This document shows positions 8,948-19,135 of a stretch of DNA of 64,000 nt, one piece after another. Every line of letters starts with the position of its first letter. The first letter of the stretch is position 1. The position numbers were made by a program, and so were the translations under genes. The notes beneath the pieces are model-generated. The model was not told where the DNA came from and ran no database searches. It worked only from the letters and a program-made list of their open reading frames with translations. The stretch is from an uncultured Gemmatimonadales bacterium (GTDB lineage: Bacteria; Gemmatimonadota; Gemmatimonadetes; Gemmatimonadales; Gemmatimonadaceae), in the NCBI GenBank assembly GCA_963793305.1, contig CAWBZV010000005.1:384001-448000 (forward strand). Reading direction: 5' to 3'.

Positions 8948-10176
8948 TGGCGGCCCGTCGACTCGGCATCGGTTTCGTCGGGAGCGGATTCAACGCCCGA
9001 TTTCACATCCAGTCGCTCGTTGCCATCCGCGATGCCGACGTCATCGGCGTCTGGAGTCCCAACGCCACTCGCGCCGCCGAAGCCGCTGCCCTCGCCCGTT
9101 CTCTCGACGTCGGCAATGCTCGGCCATTCGCCTCGATCGCCGACATGGTTGCCGACCCGGCAATCGACGCACTGTGGATCTGCGGCCCAAATCAAGCGCG
9201 AATCGAGAATATAGAAGAGATGGTCGAAGCGTTGTCACGTGGCCGGGGCAAGCTCATTGGGGTCGCGTGCGAGAAGCCCTTGGCGCGAAATGTTGCCGAG
9301 GCGGAGAAGGTCGTCGCGCTCGTTCAAGGCGCCGGACTCGCACACGCGTACCTGGAGAACCAAGTCTACGCCCCGCAGGTTGCGCACGGCCGTACAACGA
9401 TATGGTCGCGCGGAGCGCGCCAAACAGGCCGCCCATATCTCGCCAGAGCCGCCGAGGAACACGGCGGCCCACACATGCCTTGGTTCTGGCAGGGCGCGCT
9501 CCAGGGTGGTGGCGTCCTCAATGATATGATGTGCCACTCGGCCCTCCTTGTTCGCCACTTATTGACGGGCCCAGGCGAGACGATCGCACCAAAGCGCGTG
9601 ACCGCCCATATCGCGAGCCTCAAATGGTCGCGCCCGGAATACGCCGCGCAACTCTCGAAGACGATGGGAGTCGACTATACCCGAACGCCGTCAGAAGACT
9701 TCGCCAGCATGACGATCGAGTTCGAAGCCCCCGATGGCCGCCTCGTGTTCGGCGAGGCGACGACCTCGTGGAGCTACGTCGGCGCCGGCCTGCGCTTATC
9801 GGCCGAGCTCCTCGGCCCCGAGTATTCGATGTCCTGGAACACGCTCAACAGCGGACTTCAGGTCTTTTTCAGCCGCGCGGTCGCCGGCGCGGCGGGGGAA
9901 GATATGATCGAGAAGCAGAACGCCGAGATCGGCCTCATGCCGCTCGTCACGAACGAGGCGGAGGCCTACGGCTACGTGGGCGAAAACCGCCACATCGTGC
10001 GCGCGTTCCTGCGCGGTGAAAAGCCGGACTACACGTTCGACGACGGGCTCGAGGTCGTGAAAATACTCATGACCGCGTACATGAGCGCGGAGCAAGGCAG
10101 GACGTTGTCTTTCCCGCCGAACGATCTGACGACGTTCGTCCCCCAAGTAGCCAAAGGGAGCTGGCGTCCTCAGTAG
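8947..10176 (+). CDS. Gfo/Idh/MocA family oxidoreductase
   Basis: GFVGSGF Rossmann motif, CEKPL, GGGVLNDMMCH; TGATG coupling. Confidence 0.88.
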   Translation: MAARRLGIGFVGSGFNARFHIQSLVAIRDADVIGVWSPNATRAAEAAALARSLDVGNARPFASIADMVADPAIDALWICGPNQARIENIEEMVEALSRGRGKLIGVACEKPLARNVAEAEKVVALVQGAGLAHAYLENQVYAPQVAHGRTTIWSRGARQTGRPYLARAAEEHGGPHMPWFWQGALQGGGVLNDMMCHSALLVRHLLTGPGETIAPKRVTAHIASLKWSRPEYAAQLSKTMGVDYTRTPSEDFASMTIEFEAPDGRLVFGEATTSWSYVGAGLRLSAELLGPEYSMSWNTLNSGLQVFFSRAVAGAAGEDMIEKQNAEIGLMPLVTNEAEAYGYVGENRHIVRAFLRGEKPDYTFDDGLEVVKILMTAYMSAEQGRTLSFPPNDLTTFVPQVAKGSWRPQ

Positions 10177-10973
10177 GTCAGTTGCCGTAAGTAGGTATAA
10201 CTGATCCGCGCATCATCCAGTGGAGCCGTCGGCTCGTCATGCTCGACGAAGATGTGCTTGAGCCCAGCCTGTTCGGAATGGCGAAAAATAGCGCCGAAGT
10301 CGATGGCGCCACGTCCGACGTCGACCATCTCGCCACTCTTGGTCATGTCTTTCGCATGCACCATCGGAAAGCGTCCTGGATATGCCGCGAAGTACTTGAT
10401 CGGATCCCACCCACCCTTGACCATCCAAAAGATGTCGCACTCCATCTGCACGAGCTTCGAATCGCATTCGTGCAGCAGGAGGTCGTAGGGGATGATGCCT
10501 TCGACCGTGTCGAACTCGAAGTCGTGATTGTGGTACGCGAACTGGATGCCGGCCTTCTGCGTCAGCTCCCCAAATTGGTTGTACTTGGCCGCGTTACGCT
10601 TGTATCCGTCGACGGTCCGGTCACTCTGATCGGTAAACGGACACACGATATACCGCTGCCCGATGACCCCGGCATCGTCGATGATCTTGTTCCAGTCACT
10701 CTTGAGCACGGCCACGTGCCCTGATGGCGCTCTGAGGCCCGCGCCATCCAGCATCTTCCGCATCTCAGCCGCCGTCTTGTCGTAGAATCCGGCGAGCTCC
10801 ACCTCGCGGTACCCGATGGACGCCAGTGCGGCGAGGGTCCCCGCCACATCGCGTTGCATGAGCGACCGAACCGTGTAGGCTTGTATGCCGATTGGCCCGA
10901 GCTTGCTCTTGCTGCGTAACCCGAGAGCGATCATCGCTTGTGTCGCATGCCGGATAAACGTTCGCCGAATCAT
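10170..10973 (-). CDS. sugar phosphate isomerase/epimerase (xylose isomerase-like TIM barrel)
   Basis: IRRTF Tat-like start; GIQAYTVR, YHNHDFEF, HAKD, FVEHD. Confidence 0.88.
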   Translation of the reverse strand: MIRRTFIRHATQAMIALGLRSKSKLGPIGIQAYTVRSLMQRDVAGTLAALASIGYREVELAGFYDKTAAEMRKMLDGAGLRAPSGHVAVLKSDWNKIIDDAGVIGQRYIVCPFTDQSDRTVDGYKRNAAKYNQFGELTQKAGIQFAYHNHDFEFDTVEGIIPYDLLLHECDSKLVQMECDIFWMVKGGWDPIKYFAAYPGRFPMVHAKDMTKSGEMVDVGRGAIDFGAIFRHSEQAGLKHIFVEHDEPTAPLDDARISYTYLRQLTY

Positions 10974-11924
10974 ATGCCTGGTCCCATTGTGGTTCTCCGA
11001 GAGCCCGAGATCCGCTCGTTACTCGACCCCGCGTCGTGCATCGCCGCCGTCGAGCAAGCCTTCACGGCCTACGCGACCGGCGGCGCGGAGCTCCCCGGCG
11101 TGATCCACCTCGACGTGCCGGAGCATCGAGGCGAGATCCATATCAAAGCGGGTCATCTCCGCGGCGGCAACTGGTACGCGTGCAAGTTCGCATCCGGCTT
11201 CGCCGGACGGAACGATGGCGTCGTGCTGACGTTCGACGCGCGGACCGGGGCGCCTGCCGGGATCTTGTTCGATGGTGGCTATTTAACGGACCTGCGCACC
11301 GCCGCCGCCGGCGCCATCGCCGCCCGTCACCTGGCCGTTCCGTCAGTCGACACTGTAGCGATACTCGGCACCGGAATCCAGGCACGTCTCCAGCCTCGAC
11401 TCATAGCCACAGTCCGTCCATTTCGGTCAGCCCGGGTGTGGGGGAGACGTCACGACGCGGCCGAGGCGGTTGCTGCCGACATCGGAGGCACCGTCGCCGA
11501 GACAGTCGAGGCCGCTGTAAATGGCGCGCAAGTCATTATCACGGTCACCGCCAGCCGCACTCCGATCCTACGTGCGGAGTGGCTTACCCCGGGAGTGCTG
11601 GTGATCGCCGTCGGTTCCGATGGCCCGGACAAGCAAGAATTGGATGTCGGAGTTCTAGCCCGCGCCGATCGATTGGTTGCCGATTCCTTGCTACAATGCG
11701 CGAGACTTGGCGAGATCCATCATGCCCTGTCCGCCGGAGTCATCTCCGAACGTGACGTAACCGAGCTCGGCCAGATCACCTCAGGCCAGGCCCCAGGCCG
11801 TCGCACCCCGACCGAGACGATCGTGTGCGACTTGACCGGAGTAGGAGTACAAGATGTCGCCGCGGCGACGGTCGTGATGGAGCGCGCGCTGGCTACACGA
11901 GACCTTTACGAGCGGCGAATATAA
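10974..11924 (+). CDS. ornithine cyclodeaminase / mu-crystallin family protein
   Basis: HIKAGH, LTDLRTAAAG, GTGIQA, VGSD...KQEL, DLTGVGVQD. Confidence 0.88.
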   Translation: MPGPIVVLREPEIRSLLDPASCIAAVEQAFTAYATGGAELPGVIHLDVPEHRGEIHIKAGHLRGGNWYACKFASGFAGRNDGVVLTFDARTGAPAGILFDGGYLTDLRTAAAGAIAARHLAVPSVDTVAILGTGIQARLQPRLIATVRPFRSARVWGRRHDAAEAVAADIGGTVAETVEAAVNGAQVIITVTASRTPILRAEWLTPGVLVIAVGSDGPDKQELDVGVLARADRLVADSLLQCARLGEIHHALSAGVISERDVTELGQITSGQAPGRRTPTETIVCDLTGVGVQDVAAATVVMERALATRDLYERRI

Positions 11925-12336
11925 AATCGGTCGTCGCGGGTGTATCGCCGCGATCCCGCGTCAACATCGCCAATTGCCCGCGATGATACGCCGAGTGCAT
12001 GAGCACGTGCGTGAGCACGTCCTCGATGGAATTCTCGGACGCTTCACCCTTCGCGTTGGTATAGCGGAGTCTCGCGGAGAGATCGGGTCCGCTGGCGAGA
12101 TACGCACTCCACTCACTCGCGTCGGTCGCGAGCTCCGCGGCGCACTGATCGCGCGTGAGAGTGGGCCAGACCACGAGCGGGCTAGCCCGCCCGGTCAGCC
12201 GCGACAGCCATGTGCGTTGTGATCCGGCGAGGTGCCCGAGGATGGCGAGCGCACGAGGCGATGGCGTCTCCGGGAGCGCCGCGATCGACTCGCGATTCGC
12301 CCACGCGTCGTAACCAAAGAGTCGAGGGAAGTTCAT
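11893..12336 (-). CDS. DinB family protein
   Basis: YDAWAN, GHL, HVLMHSAYHRGQ. Confidence 0.88.
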   Translation of the reverse strand: MNFPRLFGYDAWANRESIAALPETPSPRALAILGHLAGSQRTWLSRLTGRASPLVVWPTLTRDQCAAELATDASEWSAYLASGPDLSARLRYTNAKGEASENSIEDVLTHVLMHSAYHRGQLAMLTRDRGDTPATTDFIFAARKGLV

Positions 12337-12767
12337 TCGACGATGATCGTCCCTTGCATGCCGAGCGACTGATGCGGCAAGCAGTAGAACTTGTACGCGC
12401 CGGGCTTGACGTCTTTGAACGTGATCACGTACGAATCATCAGGGTTCGGCACCAGCGGACCCGTGAGCTTGGCCTGTTGCCGCGGCATGTCCGCGTCGAG
12501 CGTCGGCGCGGCGCCCTCTGGGATGTCCTGCGGATCGAACGTGATGTTGTGCGGCCCCCCTGAGACGGTCACGAACTTCACGCTCTGCCCGGCTTTGATT
12601 CGTACCATCGATGGTTTGAACGAATATCCAGCGCTCGAGCCAATCATTTGCACGGTGACCGTGTCGCCGGCTGCGTTTCCAGTGCGGACGGCTGGGGCTG
12701 GATGCGCAGCGAGTAGCACGACCGTTGCAACGAATACCGTGAGCGTGCCAATCCCGAGCTTATGCAT
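12333..12767 (-). CDS. plastocyanin/azurin family blue copper protein
   Basis: Signal peptide; GPHNI and YCLPHQSLGM type-1 copper ligands. Confidence 0.9.
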   Translation of the reverse strand: MHKLGIGTLTVFVATVVLLAAHPAPAVRTGNAAGDTVTVQMIGSSAGYSFKPSMVRIKAGQSVKFVTVSGGPHNITFDPQDIPEGAAPTLDADMPRQQAKLTGPLVPNPDDSYVITFKDVKPGAYKFYCLPHQSLGMQGTIIVE

Positions 12768-12815
12768 GTGTTTCTCTGTATATATTGGGTAAGCCTATTA
12801 CGAGGAGAGAAGGGA

Positions 12816-13148
12816 ATGAGCACAATATGGCGTGTCGGCAACGCAGTGGGCACTCTCGTCGTTGTGGTTGCGATGGCCGGCTGTTCGAATGGGGACAAGC
12901 AGCTGGCCAATGGTGACCTCGGTTTGACGGGGACCATTCACTCGGTGCAAGCGAGTGACGGCAGTACGTGCTGGACGCTGACGTCGGCGTCGGGCAAGAC
13001 GTACGAGCTGCAGCCCGCGCAAGCGCCACAAGATCTGCTCGTCGATGGCAAGCAAGCGACGATCACGGCCAAGCCGCGCTCCGGAGGCAGCTTCTGCAAG
13101 ATGGGGCAGATCATCGACGTGGTGCGGGACTCGACAGCGAAGACCTGA
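12816..13148 (+). CDS. hypothetical lipoprotein
   Basis: Purine-rich RBS; lipobox MAGC; short beta-rich domain with a Cys pair. Confidence 0.65.
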   Translation: MSTIWRVGNAVGTLVVVVAMAGCSNGDKQLANGDLGLTGTIHSVQASDGSTCWTLTSASGKTYELQPAQAPQDLLVDGKQATITAKPRSGGSFCKMGQIIDVVRDSTAKT

Positions 13149-13209
13149 TCGCCCGCTCAACAAACTGTTGCCTTGCGTGAGTCGCAGCGCCCCGCACATC
13201 GTTGGGGCG

Positions 13210-14119
13210 ATGCTGGCTCGTGCGCTGATTCTCGTCTGTCTGGCCATGGCTGGGCCCGCATGGGCTCAGACGTGTCATTTGCCGCCGGATAGCCACGAGG
13301 CGCGCCTCCTGGCCTTCTTCGAGGCTCCTCTGGCGTTCTCGACCGCGACCGGACCAGAGCAGCACGAGCCGCTCACCGTACGGCTCGGCGTCGAGGTGTC
13401 GCCACTCCCGTCGCCGGACTCCTCGCTGCGAGAGACCGGCGCGTGCTACCTCGCCAAAAGCGAGCACACGACGCTGGCGCCAGTCTTCCCGCGTCCCCGG
13501 ATTACCGTGTGGTTGCCATTCGGTTTCGCGGCCGAGGCGAGCTACGATCCGCCGATTCCCATCGGCCAGGCGAATGTCAACGTCGGGAGCCTGGCCCTCG
13601 CGTACACCCACCGCATCGTGAGCCTTCCGGGCGTTGACCTGGCGCTCGGGCTCCGCGCGCAAGGCACGCTCGGACATATCACGGGTCCGATCACCTGCCC
13701 ACAGTCCGCACTGCAGCTCACGGACACGTCGGCCGCATGCTACGGCACGAAGCCGTCAAAGGATGCATTCAATCCGGCGATGTACGGCGTCGAGGGATCG
13801 CTCGGCGCGTCGTTCCTGAGCGGCCATCTCCGCCACGTACGTCGGCGGCGGGCTGTCCCGCCTCTACCCGACGTTCGATGTCGGATTTCATTCGGCTTCC
13901 TACTCGATAACGTATGGCGGGACTCCCGGGGTTGGCCTGGGCTACGGGTCTCCGACACCATACCTGCCGCACTTGGTCGTCGACCTCACGCGAGGCACCG
14001 TATTCGGCGGCGTCGTCTGGCACGTGACGCGCGCGTTCGACGTGAATACGCAGGTCTACTCGGTGCCGAAAGACGTCACCACCTTCCGATTCGGCGCCGG
14101 CTACCGACTCGGTACCTAG
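13210..14119 (+). CDS. secreted/outer-membrane beta-barrel-like protein, frameshifted near 13830
   Basis: Signal peptide MLARALILV...AWAQ; after an extra base near 13830 the shifted frame reads ATYVGGGLSRL...TTFRFGAGYRLGT* (TAG 14117-14119). The 431-aa ORF in the track is an artefactual fusion. Confidence 0.65.
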
Positions 14120-14340
14120 TGCAGCGCGAGCCAGTCTCCTCATCGTCCATCGCCTCCGTCGGGTACGACGAGGCAACCGCGACGCTGGAGATCGAGTTTC
14201 ACAACGGCCGCATCTATAAATTCCGGGGCGTGCCGCCACAGATGGCCGTGGCGTTGCGCGCCGCTCCATCCACTGGCGCGTACTTCAACAAATATGTCCG
14301 CAATGGCGGCTACGAATTCACGTTGGTTCGCGAGCGGTAA
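14119..14340 (+). CDS. KTSC domain protein
   Basis: GTG start; REPVSSSSIASVGYD..TLEIEF.NG..Y...GVP...APSTGAYFNKYVR. Confidence 0.88.
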   Translation: MQREPVSSSSIASVGYDEATATLEIEFHNGRIYKFRGVPPQMAVALRAAPSTGAYFNKYVRNGGYEFTLVRER

Positions 14341-14983
14341 GACCTGGATCTGGATCGTGATCGCGCTCGTCGCTTTCGTGGCGGCGTCGCTGATCGATAC
14401 GTGGGCGTTCCATCATCTCCAGAAGCCGAACGTCTACGATCAGGATTGGGGCCGAGCCCTGCGTTCAGTCGGCTACTGGCCGCTGTGGATGCTCCTCGCC
14501 CTGGCACTCTGGCTCGTCGACCGCAAACGCGGCCAGGGCTACCGTCGCGCGGCGTTCCTCGCCGGTTCCATCACCGTTGCGGGCATCCTCGGCGAGATCC
14601 TCAAGCTCATCGTCCGTCGTGAGCGCCCGGGCACACACGACGGCCTCTATGGATTCCGTCCGTTCGCGGATCACCCGTTCAGTAGCCGCAACTTCGGGAT
14701 GCCGAGTAGCCACGCCGTCATTGCGTTCTCCGGCGCGGCCGCGCTCAGCGTTCTCTTTCCCGAAGCGACCGTGGTCTGGTACGCGCTCGCCATCGGCTGT
14801 GGCGTGACACGCGTGCTCTCCGGCGCCCACTTCGTGAGCGACGTTGTCGCCGGTGCCGCGATCGGCATCGCCGTCTCTATCGTCATCGCGCGCCGGCTCG
14901 GCTCAGCCGAGCTCCGTCCAATCGACCAGTCGAGCAGCGCTTGCGCTGCATCGACGCGCGGCGGAGCCGCCGTCCGGCCCTAG
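14294..14983 (+). CDS. PAP2 family membrane phosphatase (start uncertain)
   Basis: K..VRRERP, MPSSH, TRVLSGAHFVSDV motifs. Confidence 0.88.
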   Translation: MSAMAATNSRWFASGKTWIWIVIALVAFVAASLIDTWAFHHLQKPNVYDQDWGRALRSVGYWPLWMLLALALWLVDRKRGQGYRRAAFLAGSITVAGILGEILKLIVRRERPGTHDGLYGFRPFADHPFSSRNFGMPSSHAVIAFSGAAALSVLFPEATVVWYALAIGCGVTRVLSGAHFVSDVVAGAAIGIAVSIVIARRLGSAELRPIDQSSSACAASTRGGAAVRP

Positions 14984-16824
14984 TGCGGCTGCGCTGATTC
15001 CCGCGGGATCGACATCGCACCGGCGGCTTTCGCCCTCTCGTACGCCGCATCGAGATCGTGCTTTTCTTGCTCGTGCCGCGCGTCGCGCTCGGCGGCGCTC
15101 TCACCCTCTTTCGGGTGCTCTTTCTCCGAGCGCTGCCGGTCGTCGAGCTCCGCCTTCTGTCTTTCGTAGTCGGCTTCCAGCGCCGGCGACACCTGTCCCG
15201 CCTTCCAAGCCTTCCCATTTGACATGGGAGTCAGCCGAGCCGGCGCGGCCGCAGGCTCGGTCGGCGGCGTCGCCGCAGTTGTCGCAGTCGCAGTTGCACT
15301 CGGCGCACTCGCGGTTACCGGCCTCGCTGGCTGCGCAGAGATGAGAGTCGGCTCAGTACGCGCAGGCGAAGCCGCGCGCGCCGCCGGGTGAATAACGACC
15401 ACGTCGTGCCGCTCCGCCGTCGGCGCATGAATCGCCACGACGGCTCTGGCCGACGTAGCCGCCGGCGGTACCGCGCGAGAAACAGGCACGATCCGCACCG
15501 GCTGCACGGCTGGCGCCCCAGCGATGATGCTCACCACTTTCACCTGGCTGACCACCAGATGCTGCTCCACGTGCTGCTGCGTCGCGAACGTCTGCTGCTG
15601 CACCACGGTGACGGCATTCGGCGCCGCACTATTCCGATACTTGACGGCGCTCAGCCCTTCGGGATTGATCCGCGCCCGATACGCGGGACTGGCCGCGTAC
15701 GACGGCTGATACGGCTCCCCCGGCCCAAGCGGCACCCACGCCACCGTGGCCGCATTCGGAGCTGTCGCATTGACGAACGAGACAAGCGCCGGTGCATACG
15801 CCGGCGGCGCGCTCGTCGGTCGTCCCGGACACCACCCCCACGCGCCATTGCGATACGCCCACCGACCGTAGTGATACGGCGCATATCCCCACGGCGCCGC
15901 ATCAACCCAAGTCCATCCCCACGGCCGCACAAACGCCCATCGCCCGGCTCTATACGGCACCCACCCGGGCGCGACCGTCGTCGGAGTCCACACCGGCCCG
16001 AGCTCGGGATCAAGCTCCCATCGGCCATACCCCGCAAGGTCCGCCGCGCCCGGCATGCTCACCGGCACATACTGGAGCCCCGCGGTCAACCGATCCCGGT
16101 CGGCGTCACGCTGCATCCCCCAGCGATCGAACGCATCGGGCGGCGCCGCATCCGCGAGCTGAAACGTCGGCGCATCACCTGGCCCACTCACCGTCGCGGT
16201 CTGCCGTGCGTTGACGACGAACGATGACCCGGCCTCACTCACCGTCGCCTCTCCACCCCAGACCGTGACCGTCGTCGTCATCCCGTCCGGCGAGACGTCG
16301 ACGCGATACACGCCGGGCCGATCCGCGGACACCGCGGCGTTCGGCGCATCGATCTCGTGCTCCTCGCCATTCTCGCCGCCCAATACGCGCTCGGTGAGCG
16401 CGCCCTGCGGCAATCGCACCTGTACCGTGCGATCATCGAGCTCCACGACATCGAGCTCCGACTGCGGCCCGACGCGCATGACGACCGCGCCGACATCGAC
16501 CTCGGCCCTCGAGTCAACGTCCGTCCACACCCGATCAAGCGACGCCACCGGCCAGTTCGCCTCGGCTGGTGCCCACTCGTCCGTCTCGGCGGGCCGGAAC
16601 GACACCGTGCCCATCACGAGGCCTAGCCGTCCCACCCGCGTGGGCGGATCAGGCATCGCCACCGGTGGCGGCGGAGGTGGCGCCTGTTGCACCGATGGTG
16701 CGGGCGGCGGCGCCTGGGCCACCGTGGCCGGCTGTGGCGCCCCCTGCGGAGGCGGCACGACCGTCACGGAGCAAGCGGCGATGGCGACGATAGCGAAAGC
16801 GAGAATGGCGGTGCGGGAACTCAT
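14980..16824 (-). CDS. FecR-like / DUF6600 domain lipoprotein
   Basis: Lipobox IAAC; DPPTRVGRL, FecR-like segment, W.PY..GRW....PWGWTWVD..PWG.APYHYGRW block; low-complexity tail. Confidence 0.8.
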   Translation of the reverse strand: MSSRTAILAFAIVAIAACSVTVVPPPQGAPQPATVAQAPPPAPSVQQAPPPPPPVAMPDPPTRVGRLGLVMGTVSFRPAETDEWAPAEANWPVASLDRVWTDVDSRAEVDVGAVVMRVGPQSELDVVELDDRTVQVRLPQGALTERVLGGENGEEHEIDAPNAAVSADRPGVYRVDVSPDGMTTTVTVWGGEATVSEAGSSFVVNARQTATVSGPGDAPTFQLADAAPPDAFDRWGMQRDADRDRLTAGLQYVPVSMPGAADLAGYGRWELDPELGPVWTPTTVAPGWVPYRAGRWAFVRPWGWTWVDAAPWGYAPYHYGRWAYRNGAWGWCPGRPTSAPPAYAPALVSFVNATAPNAATVAWVPLGPGEPYQPSYAASPAYRARINPEGLSAVKYRNSAAPNAVTVVQQQTFATQQHVEQHLVVSQVKVVSIIAGAPAVQPVRIVPVSRAVPPAATSARAVVAIHAPTAERHDVVVIHPAARAASPARTEPTLISAQPARPVTASAPSATATATTAATPPTEPAAAPARLTPMSNGKAWKAGQVSPALEADYERQKAELDDRQRSEKEHPKEGESAAERDARHEQEKHDLDAAYERAKAAGAMSIPRESAQPH

Positions 16825-16946
16825 ATGATCGGATCTCCGGGTTCGATGCAACCCTGCCGAAGGGGTGACGCGGCACCCGGTATCCGGTCACTCAACCAGG
16901 ATTCGGCACTGGGTTCTGATCCGGAGGTTCGCTAGACTCTTTCTCG

Positions 16947-18680
16947 ATGCGCTTTCTCGCAACCCTGGTCTTCGGTCTCGCGACGACCGCACACGCCCAG
17001 TCCGATGAGTGGACGGTTCCGGCGAAGGACTATGCCGCCACGCGCTACAGCAGCCTCGCCCAGCTCACGTCCGCGAATGTCAAAAGCCTCCATCCGGTCT
17101 GGACGTTCTCCACCGGTGTGCTCGGCGGCCACGAGGGCCAACCGCTGGTCGTCAAGCATACGATGTACGTGGTCACGCCGTACCCGAACGTGCTCTACGC
17201 GTTCGACCTCACGCAGGACGGCTACCCACTGAAGTGGAAGTACCGCCCGGCCGTGGACCAGAATGCCGTCGGTCTCTCGTGCTGCGATGTCGTCAATCGG
17301 GGTGCGTCATACGCCGATGGCAAGATCGTCTACAACCTGCTCGACGGTCATACGGTTGCGATCGACGCCGCGACCGGACGCGAGCTCTGGAAAACGCCAA
17401 TCGCCGATTTGACTCGCGGCGAGACCGTCACGATGGCGCCGTTCGTCGTGAAGAATCGCGTCATCGTCGGCGCGTCCGGCGGAGAATTTGGCATACTCGG
17501 CTCGATCAAGGCGCTCGATCTCGCCTCGGGCCACCTCGTCTGGACCGCGACCAACCTCGGCCCGGACTCGTCGATGCACATCGGGGCCAACTTCAAGTCG
17601 TTGTACGACACCGGGTCCAACCTCGGCGTGACGACGTGGCCGACCGACGCCTGGAAGCACGGTGGTGGTCCGGTGTGGGGCTGGCTCTCCTATGATTCGA
17701 CGCTGGACCTCGTGTACTACGGCTCGGGGAATCCCGGCCCGTACAATCCCGAGCAGCGGGCCGGCGACAACAAGTGGACCGCGAGCGTGATGGCGCGTCG
17801 TCCCTCGGATGGCTCGCTCGTGTGGGCGTATCAGTTCACGCCCCACGACAGCTGGGACTACGATGCGACGGCCGAGATGGTCCTTGTCGATCTCACGATC
17901 GCTGGCAAGCCTCGCAAAGCACTCGTCCACTTCGACAAGAACGGTTTCGCCTACACGCTGGACCGTGCCACGGGCGAGCTGCTGGTGGCCGAGCCGTATG
18001 TCGACGTGAACTGGGCGACGAAGATCGACCTGACGACCGGTCGCCCGGTGCTCAACTCCACGAAAGCCACGGGCGCCTCGCGCGGCAACGTGCGCGACAT
18101 TTGTCCGACGTTGGAAGGCGGCAAGAGTCCCGCATCACCCGTGTCGTACTCGCCGCAGACAAAGCTTTTCTATGCCTCGACGAACAACATGTGCATGGAC
18201 TACGAGGCCGCGCAGTCCACGTATCTTGCCGGCACGCCGTTCCTCGGCGCGAACACCCCATATCACGCCGGCCGCGGCGGTAATCTCGGGTTTTTTATTT
18301 CGTGGGATCCCACGACCGGTCATAAAGTGTGGCAAATCCCGGAACGCTATCCCGTCTGGAGCGGAAGTCTCGCCACGCGGGGCAATGTCGTTTTCTACGG
18401 GACACTCGACGGCTGGTTCAAAGCGGTGGATGCGACGACGGGCCGCGCGCTCTGGAAATTCAAGGTCGGCTCGGGCGTCGTCGGCAGCCCGATCACGTAC
18501 ACCGGTCCCGACGGCAAACAATACGTCGCGATCTATGCTGGCATCGGCGGCGACTGGTTTCTGTTATCGGGCGACTACCGATCCGATGATCCCGCTGATG
18601 TGCGCGACCCCGCGGACTTCGCCCGCGATCTCGCCCGGTACACGAGCCAAGGTGGCATCGTATGGATCTTCGCGCTCTGA
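16947..18680 (+). CDS. PQQ-dependent methanol/ethanol family dehydrogenase (XoxF-like, D-x-D lanthanide-type motif)
   Basis: WTFSTG..GHEG.PLV, vicinal CCDVVNRG, GGEFG, GNPGP, HDSWDYD. Confidence 0.9.
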   Translation: MRFLATLVFGLATTAHAQSDEWTVPAKDYAATRYSSLAQLTSANVKSLHPVWTFSTGVLGGHEGQPLVVKHTMYVVTPYPNVLYAFDLTQDGYPLKWKYRPAVDQNAVGLSCCDVVNRGASYADGKIVYNLLDGHTVAIDAATGRELWKTPIADLTRGETVTMAPFVVKNRVIVGASGGEFGILGSIKALDLASGHLVWTATNLGPDSSMHIGANFKSLYDTGSNLGVTTWPTDAWKHGGGPVWGWLSYDSTLDLVYYGSGNPGPYNPEQRAGDNKWTASVMARRPSDGSLVWAYQFTPHDSWDYDATAEMVLVDLTIAGKPRKALVHFDKNGFAYTLDRATGELLVAEPYVDVNWATKIDLTTGRPVLNSTKATGASRGNVRDICPTLEGGKSPASPVSYSPQTKLFYASTNNMCMDYEAAQSTYLAGTPFLGANTPYHAGRGGNLGFFISWDPTTGHKVWQIPERYPVWSGSLATRGNVVFYGTLDGWFKAVDATTGRALWKFKVGSGVVGSPITYTGPDGKQYVAIYAGIGGDWFLLSGDYRSDDPADVRDPADFARDLARYTSQGGIVWIFAL

Positions 18681-19135
18681 TCCTGGCTCTCGCGGTAATC
18701 GGCTGTAACTCGAAGCCGATCCGCCTCGTGCGCGGCAGAAAGGAGGGCGTGCCGCCATCCATCCGCCCGAGCTCGCGCATATTCGCGGGCGGTATCGCGC
18801 CGCCAGCTGGCGCCCTTGGCAATCCGCAGCCCGAAAACGCGAAGACGGCCGCCGAGGGCGCGAAGCTCTTCACGAGCATGAACTGCGACGGCTGCCACGG
18901 CGGCGGCGGCGTCGGATTCGTCGGTCCGAGCCTCACCGCGCGCCGCTGGCGCTACGGTGGGAGCGATGGTGAGATCTTCACGTCGATCTTCTACGGGCGC
19001 TCACACGGCATGCCCGCGTTCGGCGGTGCGCTGCCGCCCGAGATGATCTGGAAGATCGTGACCTACATCAAATCCCTGCCGCCACCGACCGACCTTCCCA
19101 CCGAGTCATGGCAGGAGGTCGGCGGGGATCGGTGA
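18662..19135 (+). CDS. class I cytochrome c (probable electron acceptor of the PQQ dehydrogenase)
   Basis: CDGCH heme motif, GPSL...W.YGG, GMPAFG; overlaps the dehydrogenase end. Confidence 0.85.
   Translation: MDLRALILALAVIGCNSKPIRLVRGRKEGVPPSIRPSSRIFAGGIAPPAGALGNPQPENAKTAAEGAKLFTSMNCDGCHGGGGVGFVGPSLTARRWRYGGSDGEIFTSIFYGRSHGMPAFGGALPPEMIWKIVTYIKSLPPPTDLPTESWQEVGGDR

Noticed and set aside
13045..14340. 431-aa secreted protein-KTSC fusion
   Set aside because: Artefact of the frameshift near 13830; two separate genes joined at TAGTG.
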